A stretch of DNA of 64,000 nucleotides, from positions 2,676,578-2,740,577 of the forward strand of contig CP136572.1 of the NCBI GenBank assembly GCA_035193785.1, read 5' to 3'. A model generated the notes under the pieces. It was not told the DNA's origin. It was given only the letters and a program-made list of their open reading frames with translations, and searched no databases. The translations under genes were made by a program, and so were the position numbers. Origin of the DNA: Planktothrix sp. GU0601_MAG3. GTDB taxonomy: Bacteria > Cyanobacteriota > Cyanobacteriia > Cyanobacteriales > Microcoleaceae. The number at the start of each line of letters is the position of its first letter. The stretch's first letter is position 1. This document shows positions 46,088 to 57,615 of this stretch, piece by piece.

Positions 46088-46381
46088 ATGACTGTACAAT
46101 CGGTTTCTCGTTATGTAAGTCGTAACCCTGAAATCCTTCAAGGTGAACCTATTATTTTAGGAACTCGAACTTCAGTAAGAGCTATTGTTGGGTTATGGCG
46201 TTTAGGAATATCTCCTGAAGAAATCCCGATACATTTACCCCATTTAACATTAGCACAGGTTTTTGATGCCTTGAGTTTCTATTTAGATAATCAAGAGGAA
46301 ATTAATCATTATATTGAACAAAATCGCATTCCTGAAGAATTAGTTCATCCTGCTGTTAAAGCAGCCATGAAAAAAACATGA
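46088..46381 (+). CDS. DUF433 antitoxin-like protein
   Basis: PEILQGEPIILGTRTSV, LTLAQVFDALSFY. Confidence 0.88.
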   Translation: MTVQSVSRYVSRNPEILQGEPIILGTRTSVRAIVGLWRLGISPEEIPIHLPHLTLAQVFDALSFYLDNQEEINHYIEQNRIPEELVHPAVKAAMKKT

Positions 46382-46722
46382 AATTATTTGCAACACTATA
46401 TACAGATGAAGATGTTTCTGTTCTAGTTGCAACTTTACTCCGTAGTAGAGGTTTTAATGTGACAACATCACTAGAACAAGGAATGTTAGGAAAATCCGAT
46501 CAAGATCAGTTAATTTATACAGCAAAATCTGATCGATGTTTACTAACTCATAACCGAGTTGATTTTGAACAGTTGCATTTAGAATATATTGCTAAAAAAC
46601 GGAACCATTCAGGAATTATTATTGTCCCGCAAAAAATTCCTTATGAAATCGCTCAACGGGTTGCTATTTTATTAGATACTCTAACGGCTGATGAAATTTT
46701 TAATCAACTTTTGTATGTGTAA
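46378..46722 (+). CDS. DUF5615 PIN-like toxin
   Basis: LYTDEDV, SDQDQL, LLTHNRVDF, HSGII; ATGA overlap with DUF433. Confidence 0.85.
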   Translation: MKLFATLYTDEDVSVLVATLLRSRGFNVTTSLEQGMLGKSDQDQLIYTAKSDRCLLTHNRVDFEQLHLEYIAKKRNHSGIIIVPQKIPYEIAQRVAILLDTLTADEIFNQLLYV

Positions 46723-46791
46723 ATTAACTTTGATATTTCATAGTTATAACAAAATATTATAATTAATTTTATTATCTTATTCAGTGGAAAA

Positions 46792-47944
46792 ATGAAAAAC
46801 TTTATTGATTTATTCTCCGGTGCAGGGGGAATGTCCTGTGGGTTAGAAATGGCGGGATTTCGCTGTTTATTAGGAATAGATTTTGATAAATATTCCTTAG
46901 AAACATTTCAAGCTAATCATCCCCATTCCCAAACTATTTTAGGAGATTTGCGGGAAATTAAAACAGAATCAATTCAAGATATTATCGGAAATCAAACAAT
47001 AGATTTAATTTGTGGTGGCCCTCCTTGTCAGGGATTTTCAACTATTGGGACAAACGATAAAAAAGATTCTCGTAATTTTCTGTTTTTTGAATTTTTGCGA
47101 ATGGTAGAAACCTTTAAACCTAACTTTATTATTTTGGAAAATGTTACCGGATTATTAGCAAAAAAGAATGAAAGCACATTAACATTAATTATTAATAGTT
47201 TTAGCCAATTGGGTTATACTGTCGATGTTAAGGTATTATCCGCCCATCATTATGGTGTTCCCCAAGCGAGACGACGAACTATTTTATTAGGAAATCGTTT
47301 CGGAGTTGGTAATGTTTATCCAGAAAAACAATTTAAAGATTCCGAAAAAGATCCTGATATTTTACCCTTACCCCGCACGGTTGAATGGGCGTTTAACAAT
47401 TTATTAGAGTTTGAAGGTCAAAGTTTTAACCATGATTTGAAAACGGCTCAAATTAAAAATGAATTAGAAAGAAAAAGAATCCATCATATTCCTGAAGGTA
47501 AAGGAATTCGTTATGAACGGGATCAGTTAGCCTATCTTCCGCCTGAGTTATGGTATGATATAGATTGGAAAAATATTCGGGAAGAACGATTTAGAGAAAC
47601 GCAATTAAAGCGTTTAGATCGATATTACCATTCCAGTACAATTAATACGAATAAAAACACCTATTATCATCCTACAGAAGATCGTTATTTGACCCCCAGA
47701 GAAGCCGCGGCTATCCAATCTTTCCCACCCCATTATATTTTTCATGGAACATCCTCTCAACAATGGCGACAAATTGGGAATGCAGTCCCACCGTTATTAG
47801 CTGCATCAGTAGGAGAGGCTATTTTAAAGTTAGACCAACTCAAAGATAACCTAGAAAAAACCGATTGTATACCGGATTTTAAAGCAGTACGTTTCCCAGG
47901 CGTTTAGTTATAGCAAAAAATGGGATATTTTCAATACATCATAA
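46792..47944 (+). CDS. DNA (cytosine-5) methyltransferase; probable frameshift ~47891 near the end
   Basis: DLFSGAGG, GGPPCQGFS, ENV, QARRR, QIGNAVPP. Confidence 0.93.
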
Positions 47945-49325
47945 ATTCAGGACTTCCTAAAATTAATGCTCCTCTTAAATTCGGTGCGGTTTTATCTAAA
48001 ACGGAGCGAGTTTGAGGGGAGAAATTATTTTCTAATGTGGAGGCTAAAAAATTAGCATCAATGGGTTTTCCATCGTGAAGTAATCCATTAGATAAGGGAA
48101 CAGATAAACTACTGCGTCTTACCATGGCGTCGGGATTTAACCAAGCGGATTGAATATTTTTATACCCATCGGGGGACGGACAAGCATAGAGGGGCATTCC
48201 TAATTGGTTCAGGATACCATCTAGGGGTTCAAAATTGGTAACAGTACCGATAATTCGCATTACCGAAACGAGATATCTATAGGGGGTTTTAAATTTAGTT
48301 TGATAAATATTAGTTTGCCAAAATTCTGTACTTTGAAATAGGGTATGGAGAACAGTTGCAATATTTCCATCGCTATCTAAGAAGGTTTTAGCTAGTTTTT
48401 TGACGAGGGAATCGGGGGGATTATCACTAACAAAATTTTGAGCCAATTTATAACTAATATGTTGGGCGGTGGAGGGATGTTTTGCTAGAATATTAAGAGC
48501 TTCTTCTCCTTCATTCATCCCACTGCTTTTAATTGAATATCCTAAAAACACTTTATCACTAAAATCATGGCGGGTTTCGTCAAAATAAAATCCTGATTTA
48601 GTTGAGGTTTTTTCAATCGGTTGGAATAGTCCCCATCCGGTTAAAATCTTGGCTAGTTCAATAATATCTTTTTGGCTATAACCGCCATTAACTCCTAATG
48701 TATGTAATTCTAATAATTCTCGCGCATAATTTTCATTTAACCCTTTAAATGCTCCCTTTGTCCCCGGACTTCCCGGGGCGGTATTTTGCCAATTATCTAA
48801 ATAGACTAACAGGGCGGGATGTTTGGCGGTCGCCCCTAATAATTGTCTAAATTTCCCCAAAGCATGGGGTCGAATTGCGTGTTGTTCATAGGAACTAAAA
48901 AACTTTTGGGTTAAATCACCTTTTGTAGCAAATACATTAAAATGATTATACCAAAAATCGGTCATTACTTCTTCTAATTGACGAGGACTGGCAAAAGCTC
49001 TTAATAAACGTCCCCGCCTCGCTTGCTGAATAATTTTTTGCCTAAAACTTTGTCTAATTTTTATCATGGATTTACTATCTAAACCCATATTTTTTGCTTG
49101 TTCTATGGTCTGTTTTTCGGCTAGAATAACTTCACCTGGTTGCCAAACCAATGTATTTAAAGGATTGATTTTTTCGTTTAAATCGACGGGATAGGTAATT
49201 GTTTGTGGTTGCAGTTGAGTCTTAATATAAGTCTCAATCCCCATTTGTTGTATCTGTTGCATTTGTCCCGGGGTGACACCAAAACTTAAACGATTAATTA
49301 GATGAAAAATTTTAGGTTCAGTCAT
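47931..49325 (-). CDS. DUF1800 family protein
   Basis: FWYNHFNV, LNENYARELLELHTLG, SPEFM. Confidence 0.88.
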   Translation of the reverse strand: MTEPKIFHLINRLSFGVTPGQMQQIQQMGIETYIKTQLQPQTITYPVDLNEKINPLNTLVWQPGEVILAEKQTIEQAKNMGLDSKSMIKIRQSFRQKIIQQARRGRLLRAFASPRQLEEVMTDFWYNHFNVFATKGDLTQKFFSSYEQHAIRPHALGKFRQLLGATAKHPALLVYLDNWQNTAPGSPGTKGAFKGLNENYARELLELHTLGVNGGYSQKDIIELAKILTGWGLFQPIEKTSTKSGFYFDETRHDFSDKVFLGYSIKSSGMNEGEEALNILAKHPSTAQHISYKLAQNFVSDNPPDSLVKKLAKTFLDSDGNIATVLHTLFQSTEFWQTNIYQTKFKTPYRYLVSVMRIIGTVTNFEPLDGILNQLGMPLYACPSPDGYKNIQSAWLNPDAMVRRSSLSVPLSNGLLHDGKPIDANFLASTLENNFSPQTRSVLDKTAPNLRGALILGSPEFMMY

Positions 49326-49355
49326 AAATCAGTTATCAAGTATCCGCATCATCAT

Positions 49356-49421
49356 TTGTAGGGGCGGGTTCATCGAGATTGAAGTAATTAACAACGATCT
49401 CGATGAACCTGCCCGTACCAG
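49356..49421. repeat. 66-bp GTAGGGGCGGGTT hairpin element, single copy
   Basis: Reverse-complement homolog of the 54255 array unit. Confidence 0.75.
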
Positions 49422-49450
49422 TTATCACTATAAGAGTTAATACTGGATTT

Positions 49451-49510
49451 ATTACCCATTACCCATTACCCATTACCCATTACCCATTCGTAATTCGTAA
49501 TTCGTAATTC
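49451..49510. repeat. Heptamer repeats (ATTACCC)x5 then (ATTCGTA)x3
   Basis: Direct reading. Confidence 0.85.
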
Positions 49511-49511
49511 C

Positions 49512-51164
49512 CTATTCTCCCTCAATTACAAATTCTAACAATTTCCCCTGAGAACTCCCAAATTTTAATTGCATTCCCGATATCAATTGAATTTCTTGAT
49601 GATGGACACGTTGCCATTCTTGAGTCTGAAAAACCAAGGTTTCCATAGCGAGAAAAATCCCTTAAAAAATAATTAGTTTGGGTTTTCCCATTGGAACTAT
49701 GGCGACAAAAAATTTCCGCGTGTTTAGAAGAAACCCACTGTTCAGAAATAATCACATCATTCCCTTCCCCCCGACCTACCCGCATCAGTCCCGTATCAAT
49801 CGGCCAAACCTGGGCCGGGGTATTAGTCCCGGGGTTATAGAGTCGTAACCACGCCCGGGGAACATCCCCAAACCCCGTCACCGAACTACTGGGCATTTCC
49901 GTCCTAATCTTTTCTAACGGTTGGACTAACACCCCGTCAAATTCCGGGTGCATATATAGTATCGGCAACGTCCAGGCGGGTTGATTAAACTTATATAAGG
50001 CTAACAAATGCTGACGGCCAAGGGCCACCGCCTGATCTACAGGGAGACGCTCCCCTAAAGCTCTAGCAAAAGCCTGAATAAAGGTTAACGCCTCGGCGTC
50101 GGTAATGGAGTCCCGCATACCCAACACCGCCGGAACCCCGTGATGGATTAATACCTTAGCCAAACTACTGCTAGGAATGGCTTGAAACAGGGAATTAGAG
50201 GGGGTTGACACTGTTTCTGTCGCTGGGTGGGCACTCCAACAGGCATTAAACACCGCCAGGACAATCCCACATCGGACTAATACCTGGGCCAATTCCGTCC
50301 CATTCACGGTCGTATCGGGACGTAAAAATAATAACCCACCATCGGGGGCTGGTACTCCATGTCCCCCATAAAATAAAACGTTATAGCGGTTGGTTTCTAA
50401 TTCGGCAATCAGTTGTTCAACGGTGGGCTCAATCAGGGTTTTAACGCCACAGGAAGCCCCGCTATCGACTCGATTTCCCTGGGCATCTATGCCACATTGT
50501 TCAAAGGCTTGACCCAGGGCGATCGCTTCCTTTTCCAAGGCTAATTTCGATAACTCTGAATTCGGGGACGCCCCGGGGGTTTGACTTTCCCCCAAAACCA
50601 ATAAAATATTCAACCCTTGAGCTACCAAACGTTGGGGTAGGGGGTTAACGTCAAAGGTAGTGCGACTAAACCAAAGATTTTGACTCAAGGAAATCGCTGG
50701 TTGACCGCCCTGGGGTTGCATGGTTTCCCAGGGAATGGGGATTAAATCCGGGTCTCGGAGGTCTAGGCGAATGCGTAGGGGTTGATCCTGGCCAATGGCA
50801 ATCCCCTGACTGCGATGTAAACTGGCTTGAATTGACCCCTGGAATAACCATTGCCAGAGGTTAATCCCAAATTGCTGCATTAAACGGGTGGTATAACTAA
50901 GTTGTCGGCCCGAATCGGAAGCGGCAGTAAGGGACAAATTCCCCGGAGGAGGGGAACACAAACCATTGGGAATACTATGGGGCGAAAACAGTTTTCTAAC
51001 CACGCTTGCCAAGTTTGGGAAAGGGGTTCGGGCCAGCTACTGTCATGGTGAACATATCCGTTCCAATCGGGAGATTGTACCACCCATGTTGCAAAATGAT
51101 GGGCAACGGAGGTATTCATCCGGGCGATCGCAATACTTAAGCAAGGAGTTTCTGAGGGGGACAT
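49512..51164 (-). CDS. CHAT-domain + FHA-domain protein; frameshifts ~50991 and ~49639
   Basis: FYGGHG and FNACWS (CHAT dyad); GRG..ND..VSSKHA..DFSRYGT (FHA). Confidence 0.85.
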
Positions 51165-51373
51165 TCAACCGAACACACAGTTTTATTGGAATTTTCTGCT
51201 AGTTTATCGCGTTTTTAGCACTTGCGATGCCACATAAGGCAACTATGCCATTAGTTGTTTATCCTAGGTAACGATAATCTCAACTAAACATTACCTTAAT
51301 AATGGCAAAATTTCTGTTCTAGCAATCGGTACCGAGGTTGTAATAGATTATAGGGTATATTCTTTCTGTTCCG

Positions 51374-53568
51374 GTGTTCCCTACTAAACAACAAAATTAT
51401 TCAACCAGAAATGGAGTTAGACCGTTGAATACAGCAACTAATAATCGAGAAAACTTGCAAGGAGTCAAAGGCGTGCATCTTGATATCTTATCCGGTCAAA
51501 GCTACCCCCTGGGAGCCACAGTTTATGCCAATGGGGTGAATTTTTGCATTTTTTCTAAAAATTGTACTGCTATAGAATTACTTTTATTTGATACCCCCGA
51601 TGCCCACGAACCAACCCGGGTGATTCCCTTTGATCCTAAACATAATAAAACCTTTTATTATTGGCATATTTTTGTGCCGGGGATTCAAAATGGACAAATT
51701 TATGGCTATCGAGTTTATGGATTATATGAACCGGAATTAGGCTATCGTTTTGACCCTCAGAAAGTATTATTAGATCCCTATGCAAAAGCCATTGTTAATA
51801 CAGAAAATTATAGTCGGGCTGCCGCTTCTGTTCCGGGGGATAATTGCAGCCAAGCCTTAAAAGGGGTGGTAGTTGATAAGCGGGGTTATGATTGGGAAGG
51901 AGATAAACCTTTAGAATTGCCCTACTCCCAAACTATTATTTATGAACTGCACGTTGGCGGTTTTACCCGCAATCCTAACTCGGGAGTTGCCCCGGAAAAA
52001 CGGGGAACCTATGCGGGATTAATTGAGAAAATTCCCTATTTAAAAGATTTAGGAATTACCGCCGTTGAATTACTCCCTATTCATCAATTTGATGAACAGG
52101 ATGCGGTTCCCCCTCGTAGTAATTATTGGGGATATAGTACCATTTCCTTTTTTGCTCCCCATCGAGAATATAGTTCTAACCAGGATGCTTCCGGCCCGAT
52201 TAATGAATTTCGGGATATGGTTAAGGCTTTTCATAAAGCTGGAATCGAAGTGATTTTAGATGTGGTTTATAACCACACCGCCGAAGGGAATGAAGACGGC
52301 CCGACCATATCTTTTCGGGGACTTGATAACAGTATGTACTATATTTTAGAGAAAGATAATTTGGCTGATTATAGTAATTATAGTGGCTGCGGAAATACTA
52401 TTAAAGCTAATCACGAAATTTCAGGACAGTTAATTATTGATAGTCTGAGATATTGGGTTTCAGAAATGCACGTCGATGGATTTCGCTTTGATTTAGCGTC
52501 GATTTTATCCCGGGATAAAGAAGGAAATCCGATTGAAGATGCCCCGATTTTATGGATTATTAAATCTGACCCCGTATTGGCTGGAGCAAAGTTAATTGTT
52601 GAGGCTTGGGATGCCGGGGGATTATATCAAGTGGGTTTCTTTAGCAGGCGATCGTTTTGCCGAATGGAACGGACAATTTCGAGATGATGTCCGTCGTTTT
52701 GTCAAGGGAGATGAAGGACAAGTTGAAAAGTTAGCCTATCGAGTTATGGGCAGTCCTGATATTTATCCCCATCCTGATCGAGAAGTGCATTGTAGTATTA
52801 ATTTTGTCACCTGCCATGATGGTTTTACTCTGCATGATTTAGTTTGTTATAATGAGAAACATAATGAGGCTAATGGAGAGGAAAACCGAGATGGTTCCGA
52901 ACATAATTTTAGCTGGAATTGTGGCATTGAGGGGGCAACGGATGACCTCTATATTCAAGCTTTACGCCTGCAACAAATTAAAAATATGTGGGTGATTTTA
53001 TTACTGTCTCAAGGCACTCCTATGATGTTAATGGGGGATGAAGTTTGTCGAACACAATCAGGAAATAATAACGCTTACTGTCAGGATAATCCGTTAGGAT
53101 GGTTTGATTGGAGTGATGTGGGGAAAAATCCCGATGTCTTGCGGTTTGTGAAAAGTTTAATCCGCTTTAAAAAAGAACTCCATCTTTTTCAGTTAGATGA
53201 TATTTTAGAAATGAATATAGAGGGTGATTTGCCCTATGTGATTTGGCATGGAGTGAAAACAGGAAAACCCGACTTAACAGAAGATTCTCGCACCATTTCC
53301 TTTAGTTTATATCATCCCAAAAAAGGCGAACATCTCCATGTTATGTTAAATTCCTATTGGGAAGCATTGAACTTTCAATTACCTACCCTATCTAAAGGAG
53401 AGCATTGGCATCGTTTGGTGGATACGGCTTTAGCTGTTCCTAATGATATTAGTAGCTTGAATGTGGCTCGACCAATTATGGGAAAATATTATCATCTTAG
53501 CCCCCGTTTCTGCTGTTGTTTTAATTGCTATGGTAGGGAGCAAGCAACACGTCGAAGAAAAGAGTTAA
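51374..53568 (+). CDS. glgX: Glycogen debranching enzyme / isoamylase; frameshifts ~52635 and ~53506
   Basis: YPLGAT, NYWGY, DVVYNHT, DGFRFDLA, HDGFTL, NNNAYCQDN; start uncertain. Confidence 0.93.
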
Positions 53569-53674
53569 TCCCCTGGGTTTGAGCAAGAGAAAAAGCGATC
53601 GCTAACTATGATTTGTAGCCGGAAAAAAACATCAATATTATCTGATGAATTTTGGATAACTTTGGGTCGGTTTT

Positions 53675-54175
53675 TTAGAGCAGTTTAACTAAATGGGTTA
53701 ATTCAGGTAAAATTAATTTTTCCATTGCCAATCTTACTGCATTAGAAGATCCAGGAACCGAAAAGATTAATTTACCTTGATAAACTCCGGCTACAGCCCG
53801 GGAAGCGATCGCCCTTGACCCGATTTCCTGATAACTCAAAGCTCTAAAAATTTCTCCAAATCCAGGTAAGGTTTTTTCTAATAATTTTTCCAGAGCATCA
53901 TAGGTAGTATCTCGGGGTGAAATTCCGGTTCCCCCATTAAAAATACAAGCATTTAGTTCAGGGATTTCACAGAGTTTTTTCAATAGTTTTATAATGTCTT
54001 TAGGTTCATCTTTAACAATTTGATAATCGATAATTGGATGCCCAGTATTCTGTAGAAATTGGTGAATTAGTTGACCGCTTTTATCGGTTTCTGGTGTGCG
54101 AGTATCACTTACCGTAATCACAGCACAATTAACCAAAAATTCCGAAGTATCAGGGTGGGGAACTGCTGAAGTCAT
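53675..54175 (-). CDS. moaB: Molybdenum cofactor biosynthesis protein MoaB/MogA family
   Basis: ITVSDTR, GGTGISPRDTT, PGSSNAV. Confidence 0.9.
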   Translation of the reverse strand: MTSAVPHPDTSEFLVNCAVITVSDTRTPETDKSGQLIHQFLQNTGHPIIDYQIVKDEPKDIIKLLKKLCEIPELNACIFNGGTGISPRDTTYDALEKLLEKTLPGFGEIFRALSYQEIGSRAIASRAVAGVYQGKLIFSVPGSSNAVRLAMEKLILPELTHLVKLL

Positions 54176-54254
54176 AGGGGAATTACGAATTACGAATTAC
54201 GAATAGGTAATAGAATAGGAAATTTATTTAATAAATCAACTCTTAAACTGTTAA

Positions 54255-54721
54255 CTGGTACGGGCGGGTTATTTTAGATGTTTGTTAATTACCTAAATCT
54301 CGATGAACCCGCCCCTACAACTGATGACTGGTACGGGCGGGTTATTTTAGATGTTTGTTAATCACCTAAATCTCGATGAACCCGCCCCTACAACTGATGA
54401 CTGATGACTGGTACGGGCGGGTTATTTTAGATGTTTGTTAATTACCTAAATCTCGATGAACCCGCCCCTACAACTGATGACTGGTACGGGCGGGTTATTT
54501 TAGATGTTTGTTAATTACCTAAATTTTGATGAACCCGCCCCTACAACTGATGACTGTTAACTGGTACGGGCGGGTTATTTTAGATGTTTGTTAATTACCT
54601 AAATCTCGATGAACCCGCCCCTAAAACTGATGACTGTTAACTGGTACGGGTGGGTTATTTTAGATGTTTGTTAATTACCTAAATTTTGATGAACCCGCCC
54701 CTACAACTGATGACTGATGAC
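54255..54721. repeat. Tandem array of six 66-bp REP-like hairpin units separated by 1-2 heptamers
   Basis: Units start at 54255, 54328, 54408, 54481, 54561, 54641 (period 73 or 80). Confidence 0.95.
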
Positions 54722-54725
54722 TTAA

Positions 54726-55064
54726 TTAGGATTTACTAAATTCTAACCCATTAGCTTCTGCATAACGCTCCATAAATAACATGAAACGATCCCATTCTTC
54801 GGCGGATTTCATTAAATGAGTCGCCTCGATTTCCGTAGGTCTTCCATTAATAAACTTAGCGTTAACATCACGGGTGACGATTTCCCCATCATCATCAATC
54901 ATATACATTCCCGTAATTTCTTGTGTGAAATCATCTGCTAAGGCTTTAGGATTGAGAAAAATAAATTTTGCTGTCCCTTGACTCCCATCCCGTGAACGAG
55001 TCAGACGAACATCAGGAATTACATCTTCATCAATCCCCATTGAAAACTGAATTTTAGCTACCAT
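54726..55064 (-). CDS. psb28: Photosystem II assembly protein Psb28
   Basis: [32 protein letters not shown]. Confidence 0.95.
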   Translation of the reverse strand: MVAKIQFSMGIDEDVIPDVRLTRSRDGSQGTAKFIFLNPKALADDFTQEITGMYMIDDDGEIVTRDVNAKFINGRPTEIEATHLMKSAEEWDRFMLFMERYAEANGLEFSKS

Positions 55065-55119
55065 ATTATCTTGTTAAACCTTTTTCCTTTAAGAGTTAAC
55101 GTCTAATTCTCCCACAATC

Positions 55120-55219
55120 AGGACTTACGCACAAGACCAAAGAAACCGGGTTTCTGGCCCTGATTTTGCGGATGAAATCGAGATTTCTCGTTCAGAAACC
55201 CTGTTTCTGCGTAAGTCCT
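55120..55219. mobile_element. ~100-bp MITE/REP-like element, copy 2
   Basis: Near-identical to 110-210. Confidence 0.8.
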
Positions 55220-55226
55220 ATGAATA

Positions 55227-56198
55227 TTATCTCCCAAAATAGACAATAGCACGAGATAATCCTGAACTTTGCAGGTAGGTTTCCCATTGTTGGGCTAACT
55301 GTTGATTGGCAAAGGGCCCAACAGCAACAAAAGGATTAGTAGTTGCTTGTTGCATCTGAATACTTTGGGAAGGAATACCCAAAGCCGCTACATTTCCAGC
55401 CACAGAAACCAGTTGATTTCTTTGACTAGGAATTAAGATAAAATAGCTATCAGTATTTCCTAATCCTAAACCGGAACCAGGGAAGGCTGGTAAGGTATTT
55501 GGGGGGATATTGGGAATAGTAGCTAAAAACGCTTGTAGTTGTGCGGTACTGTTAATAACGGTGGAAGAAATCCCCCCTAATGCTAACTTTTGTCGGAGTT
55601 GGTCAGCATTAGACTGATTTACAAAACTTCCCGCTTGAATAATTAATTGTCCTTGATAGGTGGATGTTCGAGCATTGGGAGAAATTTGGCGAACTGCACT
55701 TAAAGAATTGGAGGTCGGACTCACATAAACTTGATATAATCCTAAGTCCGTTGTGATTGGAATTTGACCCGAAGGAATCGAACTTTTAATCACTTTAATA
55801 TCCGTTTGGTCGGGAGGAATTACCATCGGATTAACTCGAATTGGATTGTTAAAATCCTCTCCAGATTTCAAGTTAATAATTTCTCCCTGAACCCCTTGCC
55901 TTTTTAAGTCTGCAATTAATTTTTGGGCTTCACTTTGATTAAAATAAATTCCTAGATCAATAATGCTACGATTATTATATCGTTGGATCATGGCTCCGGG
56001 CTGAACTTGCTGCACTACTTCTAACAGTAAAGGACTCTCGCCATTGACATAAACCCCATAGCGTTCTTGGGCTAAAACAGGGGAAACCATTACCCCATAT
56101 CCCCCCAATAGCACGAGGCTAGAAAATAGGGGTATTTGCCAAATAAATTTTGTAAGCCAATTGGTTTTTTTCTGTATTACAATAGAACAGACTGACAT
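55227..56198 (-). CDS. Secreted protein with SPOR-like repeats
   Basis: Signal-like N-terminus; repeated Y.VYV...IQAG.F / VAVGPF motifs. Confidence 0.65.
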   Translation of the reverse strand: MSVCSIVIQKKTNWLTKFIWQIPLFSSLVLLGGYGVMVSPVLAQERYGVYVNGESPLLLEVVQQVQPGAMIQRYNNRSIIDLGIYFNQSEAQKLIADLKRQGVQGEIINLKSGEDFNNPIRVNPMVIPPDQTDIKVIKSSIPSGQIPITTDLGLYQVYVSPTSNSLSAVRQISPNARTSTYQGQLIIQAGSFVNQSNADQLRQKLALGGISSTVINSTAQLQAFLATIPNIPPNTLPAFPGSGLGLGNTDSYFILIPSQRNQLVSVAGNVAALGIPSQSIQMQQATTNPFVAVGPFANQQLAQQWETYLQSSGLSRAIVYFGR

Positions 56199-56334
56199 TT
56201 TAGCGTCCTCCCGTTTAGAGTGGGTTCGATTGATATTGGCAGGTAAGCCAGTTAAGAGTAATCAAAACTGGCAGATCAGTCAAGATTAAAGTTAAGTTAG
56301 TTGATCAAAATTAGCAAGTTATTCTGATGTGATC

Positions 56335-57424
56335 ATGAGCAAAGTTGTTGTAGGTCTTTCTGGTGGAGTCGATAGTTTCCACAGCCGCCGCCTTGCTACA
56401 CCATCAAGGATATGAGGTGGTGGGGTTGACCCTTTGGTTAATGAAGGGAAAAGGACAATGCTGTTCTGAAGGAATGGTGGATGCGGCCTACATTTGTGAA
56501 CAATTAGGAATTCCTCATCATATTGTGGATAGTCGAGATTTATTTCAAACCTATATTGTAGACTATCTTGTTGATGGATATCGTGACGGAATTACGCCGT
56601 TACCCTGTTCTCAATGTAATCGGACGGTGAAATTTGGCCCGATGTTAAATTATGCCAGAGAACAGTTAGGAATTGATCGAATTGCCACGGGTCATTATGC
56701 TAGAATTGACTATGATCAAAAGGGCGATCGCTATCAATTAAAACGAGCCGTAGACCTGAATAAAGATCAGTCTTATTTTTTATACGACCTAACCCAAGAT
56801 TTACTCGCCGGAACTCTATTTCCCTTGGGAGAAGTGTTAAAAACCGAAACTCGCCAAATGGCTAATCAATACGAGTTAAAAACCGCCGACAAACCTGAAA
56901 GTCAAGATTTATGTTTAGTGGAAGCCAATGGCTCCATGCGGGCTTTTTTAGATAAATATATTACGGGAAAAACTGGTGATATTGTAGATACAAAAGGTCA
57001 GGTTTTAGGACAACATGAGGGCATCCATCATTATACCATTGGACAACGAAAAGGATTAGGAATTTCTGCCCCGAATCCCCTATATGTTGTTGGAATTGAT
57101 GCGGGTCGAAATCAAGTAATTGTTGGGGATAGGGAGAGCGCGGTACAAACGGAATGTACAATTAAAAGGGTCAATTGGGTATCTATTTATCCCCCAAATA
57201 CCCCCATTCGCGCCCAAGTACAAATTCGCTATCGGTCGCAACCTCAAGCTGTTACCGTAATTCCAATTAATCCCCCAGAAGGAGCAGAAATCGATCCCAA
57301 AATTGGTTCCTGCGTTAAACTTATTTTTGATGAACCTATCTTTGGGATTACTCCGGGTCAAGCAGCAGTTTGGTATGATGGAGACTTAGTTTTAGGAGGG
57401 GGAATTATTGATATTCAAAAATGA
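56335..57424 (+). CDS. mnmA: tRNA 2-thiouridylase; frameshift ~56375
   Basis: Repaired [37 protein letters not shown]. Confidence 0.95.
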
Positions 57425-57480
57425 GTTTTAACGAAATGATGATAAATTGGGGTTTATTTGTGTTAAAAAATGCAGTAACA

Positions 57481-57568
57481 GGGAATAGGGAATAGGCAAT
57501 GGGCAATAGGAATAAATAGGAATCACCCATTACCCATTACCCATTACCCATTACCCATTACCCATTAC
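57481..57568. repeat. Opposed heptamer runs (GG[G/C]AAT[A/G])n and (CCCATTA)n
   Basis: Direct reading; the two runs are partly complementary. Confidence 0.75.
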
Positions 57569-57615
57569 TCATACCGATCTAAATCCCCTAAACTTAAAGA
57601 AAAAATAGAGGAACT

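Noticed and set aside
54255..54721. CRISPR array
   Set aside because: The intervening sequences are near-identical rather than unique spacers, there are no cas genes, and solo copies are dispersed like REPs
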